Positions 19,474-29,378 of a DNA stretch of 64,000 nucleotides are shown here, piece after piece. Position 1 is the stretch's first letter; each line of letters opens with the position of its first letter. The position numbers were made by a program, and so were the translations under genes. This DNA is from Planctomycetota bacterium (GTDB lineage Bacteria > Planctomycetota > UBA8108 > UBA1146). The notes below the pieces were generated by a model. The model saw only the letters and a list, made by a program, of their open reading frames with translations, searched no databases and was not told the origin of the DNA. The stretch spans positions 1 to 64,000 of the forward strand of contig JAYZBV010000113.1 of assembly GCA_036338595.1 (NCBI GenBank), given 5' to 3'.

Positions 19474-20855
19474 GATCGGTCGAAAGAACCACGAGTGGCG
19501 TGACCCTGATCGAGCTCCTTGTGGTGCTATCGATCCTATCGGCATTGCTGGCGATGTCGGTCACCGTGTATCGGTCCTTTGGCGACGCACAGACTCTCGA
19601 GATCACGGCCAGCAGGGTGTCGACCACGGTCAGAGCTGCACGAAACTGGTCGATTTCTTCAGGAATGCCGAGCCGTGTCCTGATCGACCCAGAGCAGCAA
19701 AAGGTCACCGCATTTGGCTTCCAGCTCGTTGCTGCATGGGATTTCGAGGATTTCGAGGGCCTCTCCGATGAGTTGCTTCTGGATCGCGATACGGTGACGG
19801 TCGGCGCTTATCGACAGCGGGCTCAAGTGGTCGGGCAGGTCAAGAGTTGCCCCGGATCCATTGGCAAGGGGGCGCTCTTCTTGAATGACGGTGCTGCTTT
19901 CCGTGCCAGCAACTTGCCCAGCTACGAGGGTAGCAACGGTGTTTCCGTCGAGGCGTGGGTCAACTTCTGGAAACCTCCCTGGCAGGACGAAGATGGAATC
20001 GAACCCGATGGAGGGTTCTCGGATCCACGCCGGGAGATGAGGCTGGCGGTGCTGGGAATCCCGCACGCCTTCGAACTGGGGCTGCTGGGTGACGGTGCCG
20101 TCTACATGGAGATCGGTGATTCCGAGAGAGCCATCGAGGGCGAGTTCATCCGAGTTCAAACCGAGGGCGCCATCGTCATACCTGACCGCTGGGTTCACCT
20201 GAGGGCAACCTTTGATGGGATCCAGATCGTCCTTGAGGTGGACGGAGTCGAGCACGAGTGGGTACCGGAAGGATTCGAATTGATTGCGCAGTGGCCACCG
20301 TTGCCGAGCGCAGTGCCTCATAGCGATTCGGAACTATGGATCAGTCATCCGGATCGATTTTTTCTGGGCGCCATCGATCAGATTGTGCTGAGGGTTGCAA
20401 CCAGCCCTGAAATTGTGGAGTTACCAGTGGGTATCGAACTGCTCGGGCCGTCTACATTGGTCCACCTCGATAGTCGCGGTGCGCTCGATCCGTTGCACCA
20501 CAACCTTCCTGTCGTGATCCACATCGCAGAGGTGGGGGATTTCAGTGAGGCAGAAATCGCCGATGGAACCGCTGTCGCAGGAGAGGGCTTCCGGCAACGG
20601 ATGGAAAGAGAACGTAGTGAGCGAGAGACTCGAGATGAGGCCATCGAGCAGGCGTTCGGTGACCCCATCTCTGACCTGATGAATCATCTGGAGAGCTGGA
20701 ATTCCGATCCTTCCGAACTGGAGGATGGCGAGGAGCCACCGGTTCAAATCCCACTGGCTCCAGGAATCCACTTCGGTCTCGGGGATGTGGACGGCATTTC
20801 CGTGCTCAGGCTACACAATGTGGTCGTCGACCTGACGGGAGCGATCCGTGGTTAG
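19467..20855 (+). CDS. Minor prepilin (GspH/FimT-like) with LamG/concanavalin-like domain
   Basis: TTSG|VTLIELLVVLSILS; ARNWSIS helix; SVEAWV, RWVHLRATFDG, LEVDG, GAIDQI LamG-like motifs. Confidence 0.8.
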   Translation: MVRSVERTTSGVTLIELLVVLSILSALLAMSVTVYRSFGDAQTLEITASRVSTTVRAARNWSISSGMPSRVLIDPEQQKVTAFGFQLVAAWDFEDFEGLSDELLLDRDTVTVGAYRQRAQVVGQVKSCPGSIGKGALFLNDGAAFRASNLPSYEGSNGVSVEAWVNFWKPPWQDEDGIEPDGGFSDPRREMRLAVLGIPHAFELGLLGDGAVYMEIGDSERAIEGEFIRVQTEGAIVIPDRWVHLRATFDGIQIVLEVDGVEHEWVPEGFELIAQWPPLPSAVPHSDSELWISHPDRFFLGAIDQIVLRVATSPEIVELPVGIELLGPSTLVHLDSRGALDPLHHNLPVVIHIAEVGDFSEAEIADGTAVAGEGFRQRMERERSERETRDEAIEQAFGDPISDLMNHLESWNSDPSELEDGEEPPVQIPLAPGIHFGLGDVDGISVLRLHNVVVDLTGAIRG

Positions 20856-23800
20856 CGGTAGCCCTGCACAACAACGTGGCATGGCGTTGCTGATGGTCAT
20901 CCTGGTGCTGGCTGCACTGGCTGCCATCGGAACTCCCTTCGTGATCTCGATGCGATTACAGGAGCAGGGAGCCGCTCGATCGTTGTCCCAGCAGAGAGCC
21001 CGCCTCGGTGCTCAGAGTGCGCGTAGCCATGCGCTCAGTCACCTCTTCGATACTCACCACAGTCGAGAGAGAGACAACTGGTCTCCGGGAACCGCTGCAC
21101 CGGACCTGATCGACGGCCTCGATGAACTCGATGTGGTATTCCCGGAAGGCTTCAACGCCACTGCCGTGGCTGGAACTCGTCCTGGTGTTTATCAGGTGCG
21201 TGGAAATTCTCGCCTTGTTCTCGACGCACGAGTCACCGACGAGCAAGGCAAGGTCAACCTCAATACATCGATGCCAAATCTGATCGGAAATCTGCTTGCC
21301 GGAAGTCATCTGTCGGAAGCCATCGGGTACGAGCAAGACCTTGGCGAGTTGCCCATCGATGACACCTCGTCATTTCCTGCCGATGATGATCCAGAGACCA
21401 TCGATGGAGTGGTCGTCATCCTCAATCCGTTATTCTTCACGGTGGAGGCGATTTCTTACACGGGCAAGACAGAAACTGCACTCACGGGCATCTTTCGGGG
21501 CCAGTACCTGTCGGGAACCTGGGAGCACCAGAAGGGCTGGCCAGTCTTCGACCTCCGAGGATTGAAGGTTTTCCTGCACCGTCTGGCCAATCTCTCGGAT
21601 GGAGAGATCGCCACCTTCCGTACACCCATCGGGATTCGCCAGATCGCCGACTGGTCGGTGGTTCCATACTTCTTGCAGACCCTCGCCGTGGTCGGACTCA
21701 ACTTCGATAACATGGCCGAGTGGGGGCTGACGCCGGAAATGATGGTCCGTGCCGGCCTCGATCCCGCCATGCTCCAGAAGGATGCAGAGGAGGTCGACGA
21801 GGCGGAGTATCGCAAGGCGCGATCGATGCTGCTCAAGAACAATATTCCGAAGGAGGTCGTGGATCTCGTCGAATCGATCCGTGGCAAGGCGGCGGTGATC
21901 GAGGCTGCGGAACTCGCAGAGGATGTCTTCAATCTTGACAAGGCGCGAGGCAATGCGTTCAAGGGGGTTTACCTGACCTTCATCGCGCCTGAGTTGAAGA
22001 AGATAAAGACCCGCTCGAAGAGCTACTTCCCCAGCGCCATTCTCGCCTATCAGGAAATCTTCGACCTGCCAGGAATGGAGACATTCTCCGCCTCCGAGTT
22101 CGAACAGATTCGCGATTATGTCACGACCACATCGACGCAGCCGAGGGCGTGGTCCCAGGAGCAGATGGTCGAGGGGAAAATCACCAACAGTGCGCTGCTG
22201 GGGGTGCCCCAGATGCGTCTCCCTCGCTACGATTTCTTCAACCCTGGCACGGTGGTCAGGATTCGAAGTATCGATGATCCTTCCAAGGTTGAATACGGCC
22301 TTGCTGCGGGAGCATTCCCGACCCCACGAAGAGGATTCCGCGGCATGGGTGCCGGAGCGATCATCCAGGGGGGAGTGATCCTCAAGGAACCGCTCAAATA
22401 TGAGTGGGCTGAGCGAGAAGCTCTGGTCAGCGCTGCATTGCGCCATCCGATCAACATCAACACCGCCCCACGCAAGGTGATCGAGGCGGTCCTCACAGGA
22501 GTGACCACCGACCGTTTCCAACCACGATTCAACTCGGTCACCGTGTCTGAAGCAAAAGCACTGACAGATCTGCTCGTCGAAGCGATGCCCATCATGGGAT
22601 TTGCTGATTTTCGTCAGGTGGTCGAGAAGGCTCAACTGAGTGGAGAGCTCGATGGTCGTGATTCCGAGGCGATTCTGCTCAATGCTCTCAATCCGAACGC
22701 GCCGCGCCTCTCGATCTCGACGACAGGATTCTGTTACTCCACCTCGGAGATCTACACCGTCGAGTCTACCGGAGTTGCCCGAAATCCAGCAGGGACCCCC
22801 GAGGCCACCGTCCGGCTTCGAGAGGTGATCGAGGTCGCCCCTCCCGATGCGCTTTCACTGAGGCTTCAAACGCAGGAGGACTGGGCAACTCTATTTGCCA
22901 CGCGGGATCCTGGCGAGGGGCGATTCTCTCGTTTCAACAGCACTTTCGTGCCGGGTCGAGCATCCAATCTGGTCATCAGCGGGCCGATTCCGCTCAATCG
23001 ACGCAAGTTCACCGGCGCTTCCATGGATCAGGGGACGCTTCGAGGGGAAACGATCTCGAACGAGACCGATCCTGGTAACTACGGTTTCGGTCGGGTTGGT
23101 CAGCTGGAGGTGGAGCACTTCAGAGAGACGATCGAGGGGTATGAGCTGGAAGAAGGACCCTGGAAACGATCGATAGCTCTTCAGCAAGAAACCGAACAGA
23201 GAGGACGCCGGGGTGGGGCGTTCAGCGAGCCGCAGGAACTCGTGCCTCCGGGCCAGGAATCGAATAACGATGCTCTCTCGACAGTTCCTGCGATGGTCGA
23301 TTTCTGGTACCGACCGCGCTGGGGTTCACGGAGTGGAAATCGAATCATCTTCGATTCGGTGAGTCCCACTCTCGACCGTCATCGGGATCGCATCCGTCTC
23401 TTCTTCTCTGGCGATACCCAGGAGCTGGTGCTGCAGGTCTTCGATGACACGGGATCTGCCATCGCCTGGAGTTCCGACGTATTGCCTGCGGCCGAGGTTC
23501 GTCATGAGGTCTCCACCGTCACCTTTGCGGATGACACCTGGTACCACATCTCGGCTGGCTGGAGATCGACCAGACCAGGAGATCTGATCCTGATGATCGA
23601 CCGTCGCCCGGTGGGTCGGCAATCCTGGCTCTCTCGGCTCAATGGTTCCCTTTCATTTACCGGCAACAGGGTCTCCCTCGTCGACAGCGACATGGCAGCG
23701 AAGTTCCCTCCCAGTGGCACACTGCTCGTCGGTTCCGAGGCGGTCGACTATTCCGGTAGAGAAGGTGCTTCCTTCATCATCCAGCCACCCGGGCCAGGAG

Positions 23801-26580
23801 GGTATCCGCCGATCGGTCGGGGTGCGCGCGGCACGGTACGATCTTCTCATCCTGCAGGGACTCCGGTTCGGTTGCTCGGCTACTCGCTGCCTCTGGCGAA
23901 TTCCGATGACCGTCTCGGCGTCGCCGATTCCGGTAATCGAATCATCATCGGGCCAGGGGGAGCATCTCTGGCGCTGGATATGTTGCCGACGCAGCAGATT
24001 CGATCCTTCAACCCCAGCAACGGAGCCATCGAACTGGGTCCGGCCACATTTGCCCGGGCCAGTACCGATGGAGGCTTCGCTGCGCCGGGGCTGATCAGCA
24101 CCATGGAACTGGAGCCCTTCGGCCCCAATTCCATCTCGTTGCTGGTTCAGACTCAGGGTAGCCATCCATTCGAACTGGGATTCCCACAACATGGCTACAT
24201 CAAGATCCGACAGTACTCTCGCAATGAGAACGGGGCGATGCCGCTGGTCGGGACAGAGTTTGCCAAGTACTCGAGCATCACCCCGGGTCCTGTTCCTGGT
24301 TTGTTTCGATTCACCGGCATGGGCAGGGCCCTGCTCAATACTCAACCCACTGATGGAACCAGTGCAAATCCGGGAGACACTCGACTGGTCGTGTTCGGTG
24401 TCTCCGTCGAATCCGATGCCACCAATCTGGATGTCGCATACGCCCCCTCCGGTGTGGTCCAGGTCGATCGGCCACCCGGGTTGCTTGCTGGAGGTGTGCT
24501 GCAGGATGTCGAGTGGATTCGCTACACACAGCTCGCGGAGGGCAAGTATTTCATCTGTGACCCCGATATTGCCGATTCATTCCGGGGTTACACCGGAGAT
24601 CGATTCATCAATACCGCCGACCCGTTTCGACGAAATCGACCGATCTGGGATGAAAATGGTGTCGTCAACCATCTCGCCGGGCAAGAGGTGATTCAGGTCG
24701 TTCGTTCGGTCGGAGCCGGTGCTGGATTTGGTGATCAGGTCATCCTCGGGGATGGCTATGGCGATCCGAGCACGCGATTGCGGGAAGATACACCGCTCAG
24801 GGTTCGCAAGGTCCGGGAGACGGACAGTGGTATCTATGTCAGTTTCTACTGGCCGCCAGAGGGTGTATATCTTCCGGGGCAGGATCCCAGGATCCGGCGC
24901 TTTCCCAGCGGGGGATTGCCCTCGACAGCAGCCGGCGAGATCCTGTTTGGCGCTTCGATGATCTCTGGTGATGGCATCGACGCTCCCGGAACCATCGATG
25001 AGGTGCGCTTCAGCCGGATCGATGCCAGCGATGTCGATACCTACGCCTTCCCCATTCGTCCCAATGGAAGTTACCAGACCGATGCGATTCAGGCCTCACC
25101 TGGACTCCCATCTGGAGTACGCACCGAGGTACTTCGGAGCGGATTCACTGCGCAGGATTCAGAGGAACCAGGAGGTGGCATCGACCGCATCGGGCTACTG
25201 GCTCGTTCCAAGCTGGTCGTTGCTGCCACTGCCGCTGCACCCGGAGAAGATGGAGGAGTGGCCATTGCAGGATCTGCTCGACAGTTCTCTCGGGGCGACC
25301 CCCGCTCCTTCGGCATGGGCAAGCGTGAGGGGCTTCTGCAGATCGATGAAGAGGTGATGCATTACACCTTCGATCCAGGTTCGGTAGAGGAAGATATCGT
25401 GGTGCAATTGATCCAGGACCTGCCTCGTGATCCCTATCTCGATGAAAACGCGCTCGCCGATGGTCAGATGATTCCTTATGACCCCAATCGCGATCTTCGG
25501 GTCGAGGTGATCAACAGTATCTCGGTAGACTCCACCATAAACCTACCTGCCAACGGTGGCTTTCTCGAGATGATCACGGGGTCCACCAACGAGGTCTTCT
25601 ACTACGAGCAAGCTTCCAATGGTGTACTGAGGAATGTCCTCAGGGGTCAGTTGGGTTCTCCCGTCGGTGGCTATGTCTACCAGTGGAGTTATCTAGATGC
25701 GCAGGGGGCCACGCAGGTGGTCACCAATACCCATCGCCTGAGGTTGCTGCCGACGCGCCAGATAGACATCTTGACGCGAGGAATGCTCTCCACTGCTCGT
25801 CATGCCAGCGAACTGGGCCATGAGCCGCTGGTGCCAATTCCCAGCATCCCCGTGGTTCGACTCGCCGGCCAGATGGCAGAGAGCGGACTGACTCTCGCCA
25901 CTCTTGGATTGCCCGGCAGCGAGAATTCCAACAGTGGCCCCATCGGCTTCAGTGGCGGCGAGGGATACCTGCTGGTCGATGATGGAATTGTGACCACGCC
26001 CGATGAGATCATCGCTCATACCGGAACCGTCGGCGGCGGATTTGGCCTTTACCGCGACGATCGCACCGGTCGAGGGATCTTCAGGGGGCGCTTCGGTACC
26101 GACATGAGGGTTCATCCGCGGGGGACTCCTGTGATCGAACTGGTCGCTCGTCACCACGACCGCTATCAACCCCTGGTCGAGTCGAAAGATCTGCAGTACT
26201 TCGAACGTGCATGGACGATGCCGGGAACGATGTGGGATCGCATCTACTGGGAGATCGAAGAATCGAGAAATCGTGCCACACTTGGCACTGTCAGGGTGCT
26301 GGCCCGATTCAATGGCGCTCCTGGGTGGGATTCCGTTCCGACCAACTCTCCCGGTGGATTGTATCTGTTCGATAATCCGGATGACCTCAACCACCTGGCC
26401 CAGTATGGAGATTCGATAGAGCTTCGAGTTCACTACCTGCATCGCAAGGGCGCCTATGGTCAATCGCGTCAGCAAGGACTCTGGAATGATGAGTGGAAGC
26501 ACCTTCCTGTGCTGAGAACACTGGGGATCGACCACCGCAAGGAGTGGAGAATTCTCCACCACGAGGAGTACCCTTACTGA
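20848..26580 (+). CDS. Giant (1910 aa) GspK/PilX-like minor pilin with LamG-like and repeated beta domains
   Basis: QQRG|MALLMVILVLAALA (no Glu5, typical of GspK/PilX); DEQGKVNLNT, PININTAP, SEIYTVESTG GspK hallmarks; LamG-like VDFWYRP/TWYHISAGW/GTIDEVRFS. Confidence 0.78.
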   Translation: MVSGSPAQQRGMALLMVILVLAALAAIGTPFVISMRLQEQGAARSLSQQRARLGAQSARSHALSHLFDTHHSRERDNWSPGTAAPDLIDGLDELDVVFPEGFNATAVAGTRPGVYQVRGNSRLVLDARVTDEQGKVNLNTSMPNLIGNLLAGSHLSEAIGYEQDLGELPIDDTSSFPADDDPETIDGVVVILNPLFFTVEAISYTGKTETALTGIFRGQYLSGTWEHQKGWPVFDLRGLKVFLHRLANLSDGEIATFRTPIGIRQIADWSVVPYFLQTLAVVGLNFDNMAEWGLTPEMMVRAGLDPAMLQKDAEEVDEAEYRKARSMLLKNNIPKEVVDLVESIRGKAAVIEAAELAEDVFNLDKARGNAFKGVYLTFIAPELKKIKTRSKSYFPSAILAYQEIFDLPGMETFSASEFEQIRDYVTTTSTQPRAWSQEQMVEGKITNSALLGVPQMRLPRYDFFNPGTVVRIRSIDDPSKVEYGLAAGAFPTPRRGFRGMGAGAIIQGGVILKEPLKYEWAEREALVSAALRHPININTAPRKVIEAVLTGVTTDRFQPRFNSVTVSEAKALTDLLVEAMPIMGFADFRQVVEKAQLSGELDGRDSEAILLNALNPNAPRLSISTTGFCYSTSEIYTVESTGVARNPAGTPEATVRLREVIEVAPPDALSLRLQTQEDWATLFATRDPGEGRFSRFNSTFVPGRASNLVISGPIPLNRRKFTGASMDQGTLRGETISNETDPGNYGFGRVGQLEVEHFRETIEGYELEEGPWKRSIALQQETEQRGRRGGAFSEPQELVPPGQESNNDALSTVPAMVDFWYRPRWGSRSGNRIIFDSVSPTLDRHRDRIRLFFSGDTQELVLQVFDDTGSAIAWSSDVLPAAEVRHEVSTVTFADDTWYHISAGWRSTRPGDLILMIDRRPVGRQSWLSRLNGSLSFTGNRVSLVDSDMAAKFPPSGTLLVGSEAVDYSGREGASFIIQPPGPGGYPPIGRGARGTVRSSHPAGTPVRLLGYSLPLANSDDRLGVADSGNRIIIGPGGASLALDMLPTQQIRSFNPSNGAIELGPATFARASTDGGFAAPGLISTMELEPFGPNSISLLVQTQGSHPFELGFPQHGYIKIRQYSRNENGAMPLVGTEFAKYSSITPGPVPGLFRFTGMGRALLNTQPTDGTSANPGDTRLVVFGVSVESDATNLDVAYAPSGVVQVDRPPGLLAGGVLQDVEWIRYTQLAEGKYFICDPDIADSFRGYTGDRFINTADPFRRNRPIWDENGVVNHLAGQEVIQVVRSVGAGAGFGDQVILGDGYGDPSTRLREDTPLRVRKVRETDSGIYVSFYWPPEGVYLPGQDPRIRRFPSGGLPSTAAGEILFGASMISGDGIDAPGTIDEVRFSRIDASDVDTYAFPIRPNGSYQTDAIQASPGLPSGVRTEVLRSGFTAQDSEEPGGGIDRIGLLARSKLVVAATAAAPGEDGGVAIAGSARQFSRGDPRSFGMGKREGLLQIDEEVMHYTFDPGSVEEDIVVQLIQDLPRDPYLDENALADGQMIPYDPNRDLRVEVINSISVDSTINLPANGGFLEMITGSTNEVFYYEQASNGVLRNVLRGQLGSPVGGYVYQWSYLDAQGATQVVTNTHRLRLLPTRQIDILTRGMLSTARHASELGHEPLVPIPSIPVVRLAGQMAESGLTLATLGLPGSENSNSGPIGFSGGEGYLLVDDGIVTTPDEIIAHTGTVGGGFGLYRDDRTGRGIFRGRFGTDMRVHPRGTPVIELVARHHDRYQPLVESKDLQYFERAWTMPGTMWDRIYWEIEESRNRATLGTVRVLARFNGAPGWDSVPTNSPGGLYLFDNPDDLNHLAQYGDSIELRVHYLHRKGAYGQSRQQGLWNDEWKHLPVLRTLGIDHRKEWRILHHEEYPY

Positions 26581-27662
26581 TGGGACGTCAACAGGGTCTG
26601 ACACTGATAGAGATCCTCGTGGCACTGGGCATCTTCGTGATGCTCGGCAGCGGTCTCGTGATGTTTCTGCGGGATGGCATCTCAACATGGCAAATCGGTG
26701 AATCGAGGAGAGAAGCGATCGAGCGGGCAGAAGCGATCCTGGAGCCGATGTGTGCCGATCTGAGGTCTCTTTTCACGCAACCGGATCCCGGGCCGGGCGG
26801 CGGCTATGTGGATGTGTTGCTACTGTGCGATCGCGACCACCATCGTCGATCCCGCCTTCGCATGGTCAGTGTCCTCGATGAGGAAACCCGTAATCCCATC
26901 AGCCGGATCGCTGGATCGCTGACCGGGGGACTCGCAGATATCGATTACCGCAATGATTCGATGGAGGCGCGACTCGGTATTTTGAGAGCACCCGGAGGGC
27001 TATGCGAGGTGTCCTACTCGATGGGGCCAGAGGCGTCTTCGGAGGTGCTCTGGAGGGGCTTCAAGAGTCCCATCGGCGGTGAGGGAACTCTCTTCGAGGA
27101 TGCCAACCTCGCTCCAGATGTAGACGGGACACCGATGCGAAGCCGTCCTGTAGCGGACGGGGTGCTTTACCTCGAGTGGTCCTTCTGGGGTGGAGATCGA
27201 CGCCACTGGGAGGATGGAAAGCCGCAGGCACCGATCAAATTCTGGGATTCTACCCGGGGGATCGTGAAGCCCGAGCGAGATTCGGGAATCAGCTGGGATG
27301 CCGGTAGCCGAGACGATCCTGCAGATGATGTGTTTCCCGATACAGTCGAGGTACTGCTGGTGTTGAAGCCGGCCCGATCGTTGGCGCTGGGTCGACTGAC
27401 GATGGATCTCGACGATTCGAGTCAGACCATTCCGGTCGATTCCACGGCACAGTATCCGATCGGAGCCGACAATTTCATCCGTATCGATTCGGAGTGGATC
27501 CGGGTCGGAAGGATCGAATCCGCAGCATTTCTGGATTGCGATCGCGGCATGAGAGGATCCATTGCGACCACGCATCCGAGACTTCGCCAGGTGGTGCACG
27601 GTTCTTCATTTCGTAAGACGGTTCGCATTCCGGGTGCACGCGATCCTGGAGGTGCACGATGA
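26580..27662 (+). CDS. Minor prepilin (GspJ/PilW-like)
   Basis: MGRQQG|LTLIEILVALGIF; ..DLRS helix; FPDTVEVLL motif; TGATG-coupled start at 26580. Confidence 0.82.
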   Translation: MGRQQGLTLIEILVALGIFVMLGSGLVMFLRDGISTWQIGESRREAIERAEAILEPMCADLRSLFTQPDPGPGGGYVDVLLLCDRDHHRRSRLRMVSVLDEETRNPISRIAGSLTGGLADIDYRNDSMEARLGILRAPGGLCEVSYSMGPEASSEVLWRGFKSPIGGEGTLFEDANLAPDVDGTPMRSRPVADGVLYLEWSFWGGDRRHWEDGKPQAPIKFWDSTRGIVKPERDSGISWDAGSRDDPADDVFPDTVEVLLVLKPARSLALGRLTMDLDDSSQTIPVDSTAQYPIGADNFIRIDSEWIRVGRIESAAFLDCDRGMRGSIATTHPRLRQVVHGSSFRKTVRIPGARDPGGAR

Positions 27663-28168
27663 CTGCCAGCAGAAGGCAAGCAGGTTTCACCCTGCTCGAG
27701 GTTGTCGTGGCGCTGGGGATCCTGACAGTGGGTGTCAGTGCTGCGATCTCACTCTTTGCCGCGGGGACCGCTTCTCATCGCCGGGCTGTCGATCGAATCC
27801 GCGCCATCGAGGTCTCCGAGATGGTGCTGGCTTCACTGGAAGGGGCGATTCGGGATGGGGCGACCGTCACCGATCTGGTCAACAATCCGCCCTGGGATCT
27901 ACTGGTTGACCGATGGCCAGGGATTTTCGTCGAGGTCCGCTACGGCACCATCTCCAAGCAGCAAGGACGAGACAAGTTGCTCGTGAATGTCAGGCAAGAT
28001 GGTGATGGTGAAAGAGAAGTCAATTATCGCTCCATCCCCAGCGAAGATTATATCGATGAGTTGCTGGTCGAGATCCATGTGACGTGGATTTCCAGAGGTC
28101 AGGGGAGCGAGGAAATTTTTCGTCAGATCGTGCCTCGGATGAGAAGTATCAGACTTCCGATACCCTGA
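27659..28168 (+). CDS. Minor prepilin (GspI/PilV-like)
   Basis: RQAG|FTLLEVVVALGIL; LVEIHVTW C-terminal strand motif. Confidence 0.85.
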   Translation: MTASRRQAGFTLLEVVVALGILTVGVSAAISLFAAGTASHRRAVDRIRAIEVSEMVLASLEGAIRDGATVTDLVNNPPWDLLVDRWPGIFVEVRYGTISKQQGRDKLLVNVRQDGDGEREVNYRSIPSEDYIDELLVEIHVTWISRGQGSEEIFRQIVPRMRSIRLPIP

Positions 28169-28179
28169 TTACCGATCAT

Positions 28180-29298
28180 TCACACGCTGACGACCGCGCG
28201 CTCGATCAGTTCCACCGGAGAGGCCCCGGCTCCACTCTTCAGTTGCCAATCCATCTCGATGAGGGTTTCGATGATCTTGTTGGTGCGAGGAGCATCGCAC
28301 CTCTGGTACTGTTTGCGAATTCTCGGCAGGAATGGGCGAGCGATCCCTGCCTCCTCGAGGATCTCCTTCTGACCACCTCCCCTGGCGATGATTTCATGGA
28401 CGGCTCGTAGTTCCCTGGCTCGTTTGAGTGACAGCGCAAGAAACTGAAGAAGCAATCGTTGTGGGTCCCTGACGCGCTGGTTCTTCTCATCGAGTGCACC
28501 ACTGGTGACGATATCCGCCAGCACCTTGAGAGATCGGGCCCGGTCCTGTTCAAACCAGGAATCGACCAGATCAAAGGCGGATCCGTCACCGCCAGAAGGG
28601 GAGTTGTCGACGATGATCTTCTCGTCAATGTCCTGAATATGGTTCGCATCGCAGACCGTCGAGATCCTCTCGATGGCGCCTGCAAGTTGATCCATCAAGG
28701 GGCCGATCCGATCGATGAGGATCTGCGCAATGGGGGGCTTCACCGTGAGTGATAGCTTCTTGAAACGATGGACCACCCATGAGTTCATCTCATGATCCCA
28801 GGGTCTTGCATCCGGTTGCCACGGTGGAGGGCGGTGATAGGGCCGATCTGCAGAGATCCACAGACCGTGTTTCAACAGCGCCTTCGCCACCTTAGAACGC
28901 CCATCCATCGAATCCGTGGTGAGAATCAGGCAGGAACCCTGTGGAGCCGTTTTCATGAATTGCACCCAGGAATCTGGATCGGACTTTAGCCAACCCTGTG
29001 CGTCCTGGATGATGACCACGGGACCGCTGCCGAAGAGGCCCGGCGTTCTCAGGTCATCAAAGATCTCACGGATCTGATTCTCATCTGCCGCCCGGTTGCC
29101 CTGGTAACGGATCACCGAATCTGCATCGGGAGTGCCTCCCGGAATCGATTCGAGGAGCAGGTCGATCGCCTCACGGCGCAGCAGATCTTCCTTGCCCACC
29201 ACGATGCTGACAGGGGGCGATCCCTTCGCCAGCCGTGCTGCCAGAGCGGCTACGGTGACCTTCTGATCGGACGCTCGATTTCTGGATGAAGTGGCCAT
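28180..29298 (-). CDS. holA: DNA polymerase III delta subunit
   Basis: GKEDLLRREAI, LRTPGLFGSGPVVII, FDLVD, DWQLKSG; size and architecture of HolA. Confidence 0.78.
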   Translation of the reverse strand: MATSSRNRASDQKVTVAALAARLAKGSPPVSIVVGKEDLLRREAIDLLLESIPGGTPDADSVIRYQGNRAADENQIREIFDDLRTPGLFGSGPVVIIQDAQGWLKSDPDSWVQFMKTAPQGSCLILTTDSMDGRSKVAKALLKHGLWISADRPYHRPPPWQPDARPWDHEMNSWVVHRFKKLSLTVKPPIAQILIDRIGPLMDQLAGAIERISTVCDANHIQDIDEKIIVDNSPSGGDGSAFDLVDSWFEQDRARSLKVLADIVTSGALDEKNQRVRDPQRLLLQFLALSLKRARELRAVHEIIARGGGQKEILEEAGIARPFLPRIRKQYQRCDAPRTNKIIETLIEMDWQLKSGAGASPVELIERAVVSV

Positions 29299-29378
29299 AC
29301 CCCAGTCTCCGTGGACGCAGCCAGGAATTCAACTGATGCCTCTTGAACAACCAGTATAGGTACGGTATTCAGAGCAGC

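Noticed and set aside
21430..22635. Long antisense ORFs (e.g. 21430..22635, 39523..40665, 59786..60775, 10179..11117, 25693..26688)
   Set aside because: Shadow ORFs opposite well-supported genes, expected from GC-rich codon bias; no recognisable motifs.
20848..27662. Prophage or gene transfer agent, suggested by the phage-tail-like repeats
   Set aside because: No capsid, terminase, portal, integrase or lysis genes; the repeats sit inside proteins with class III prepilin signals.
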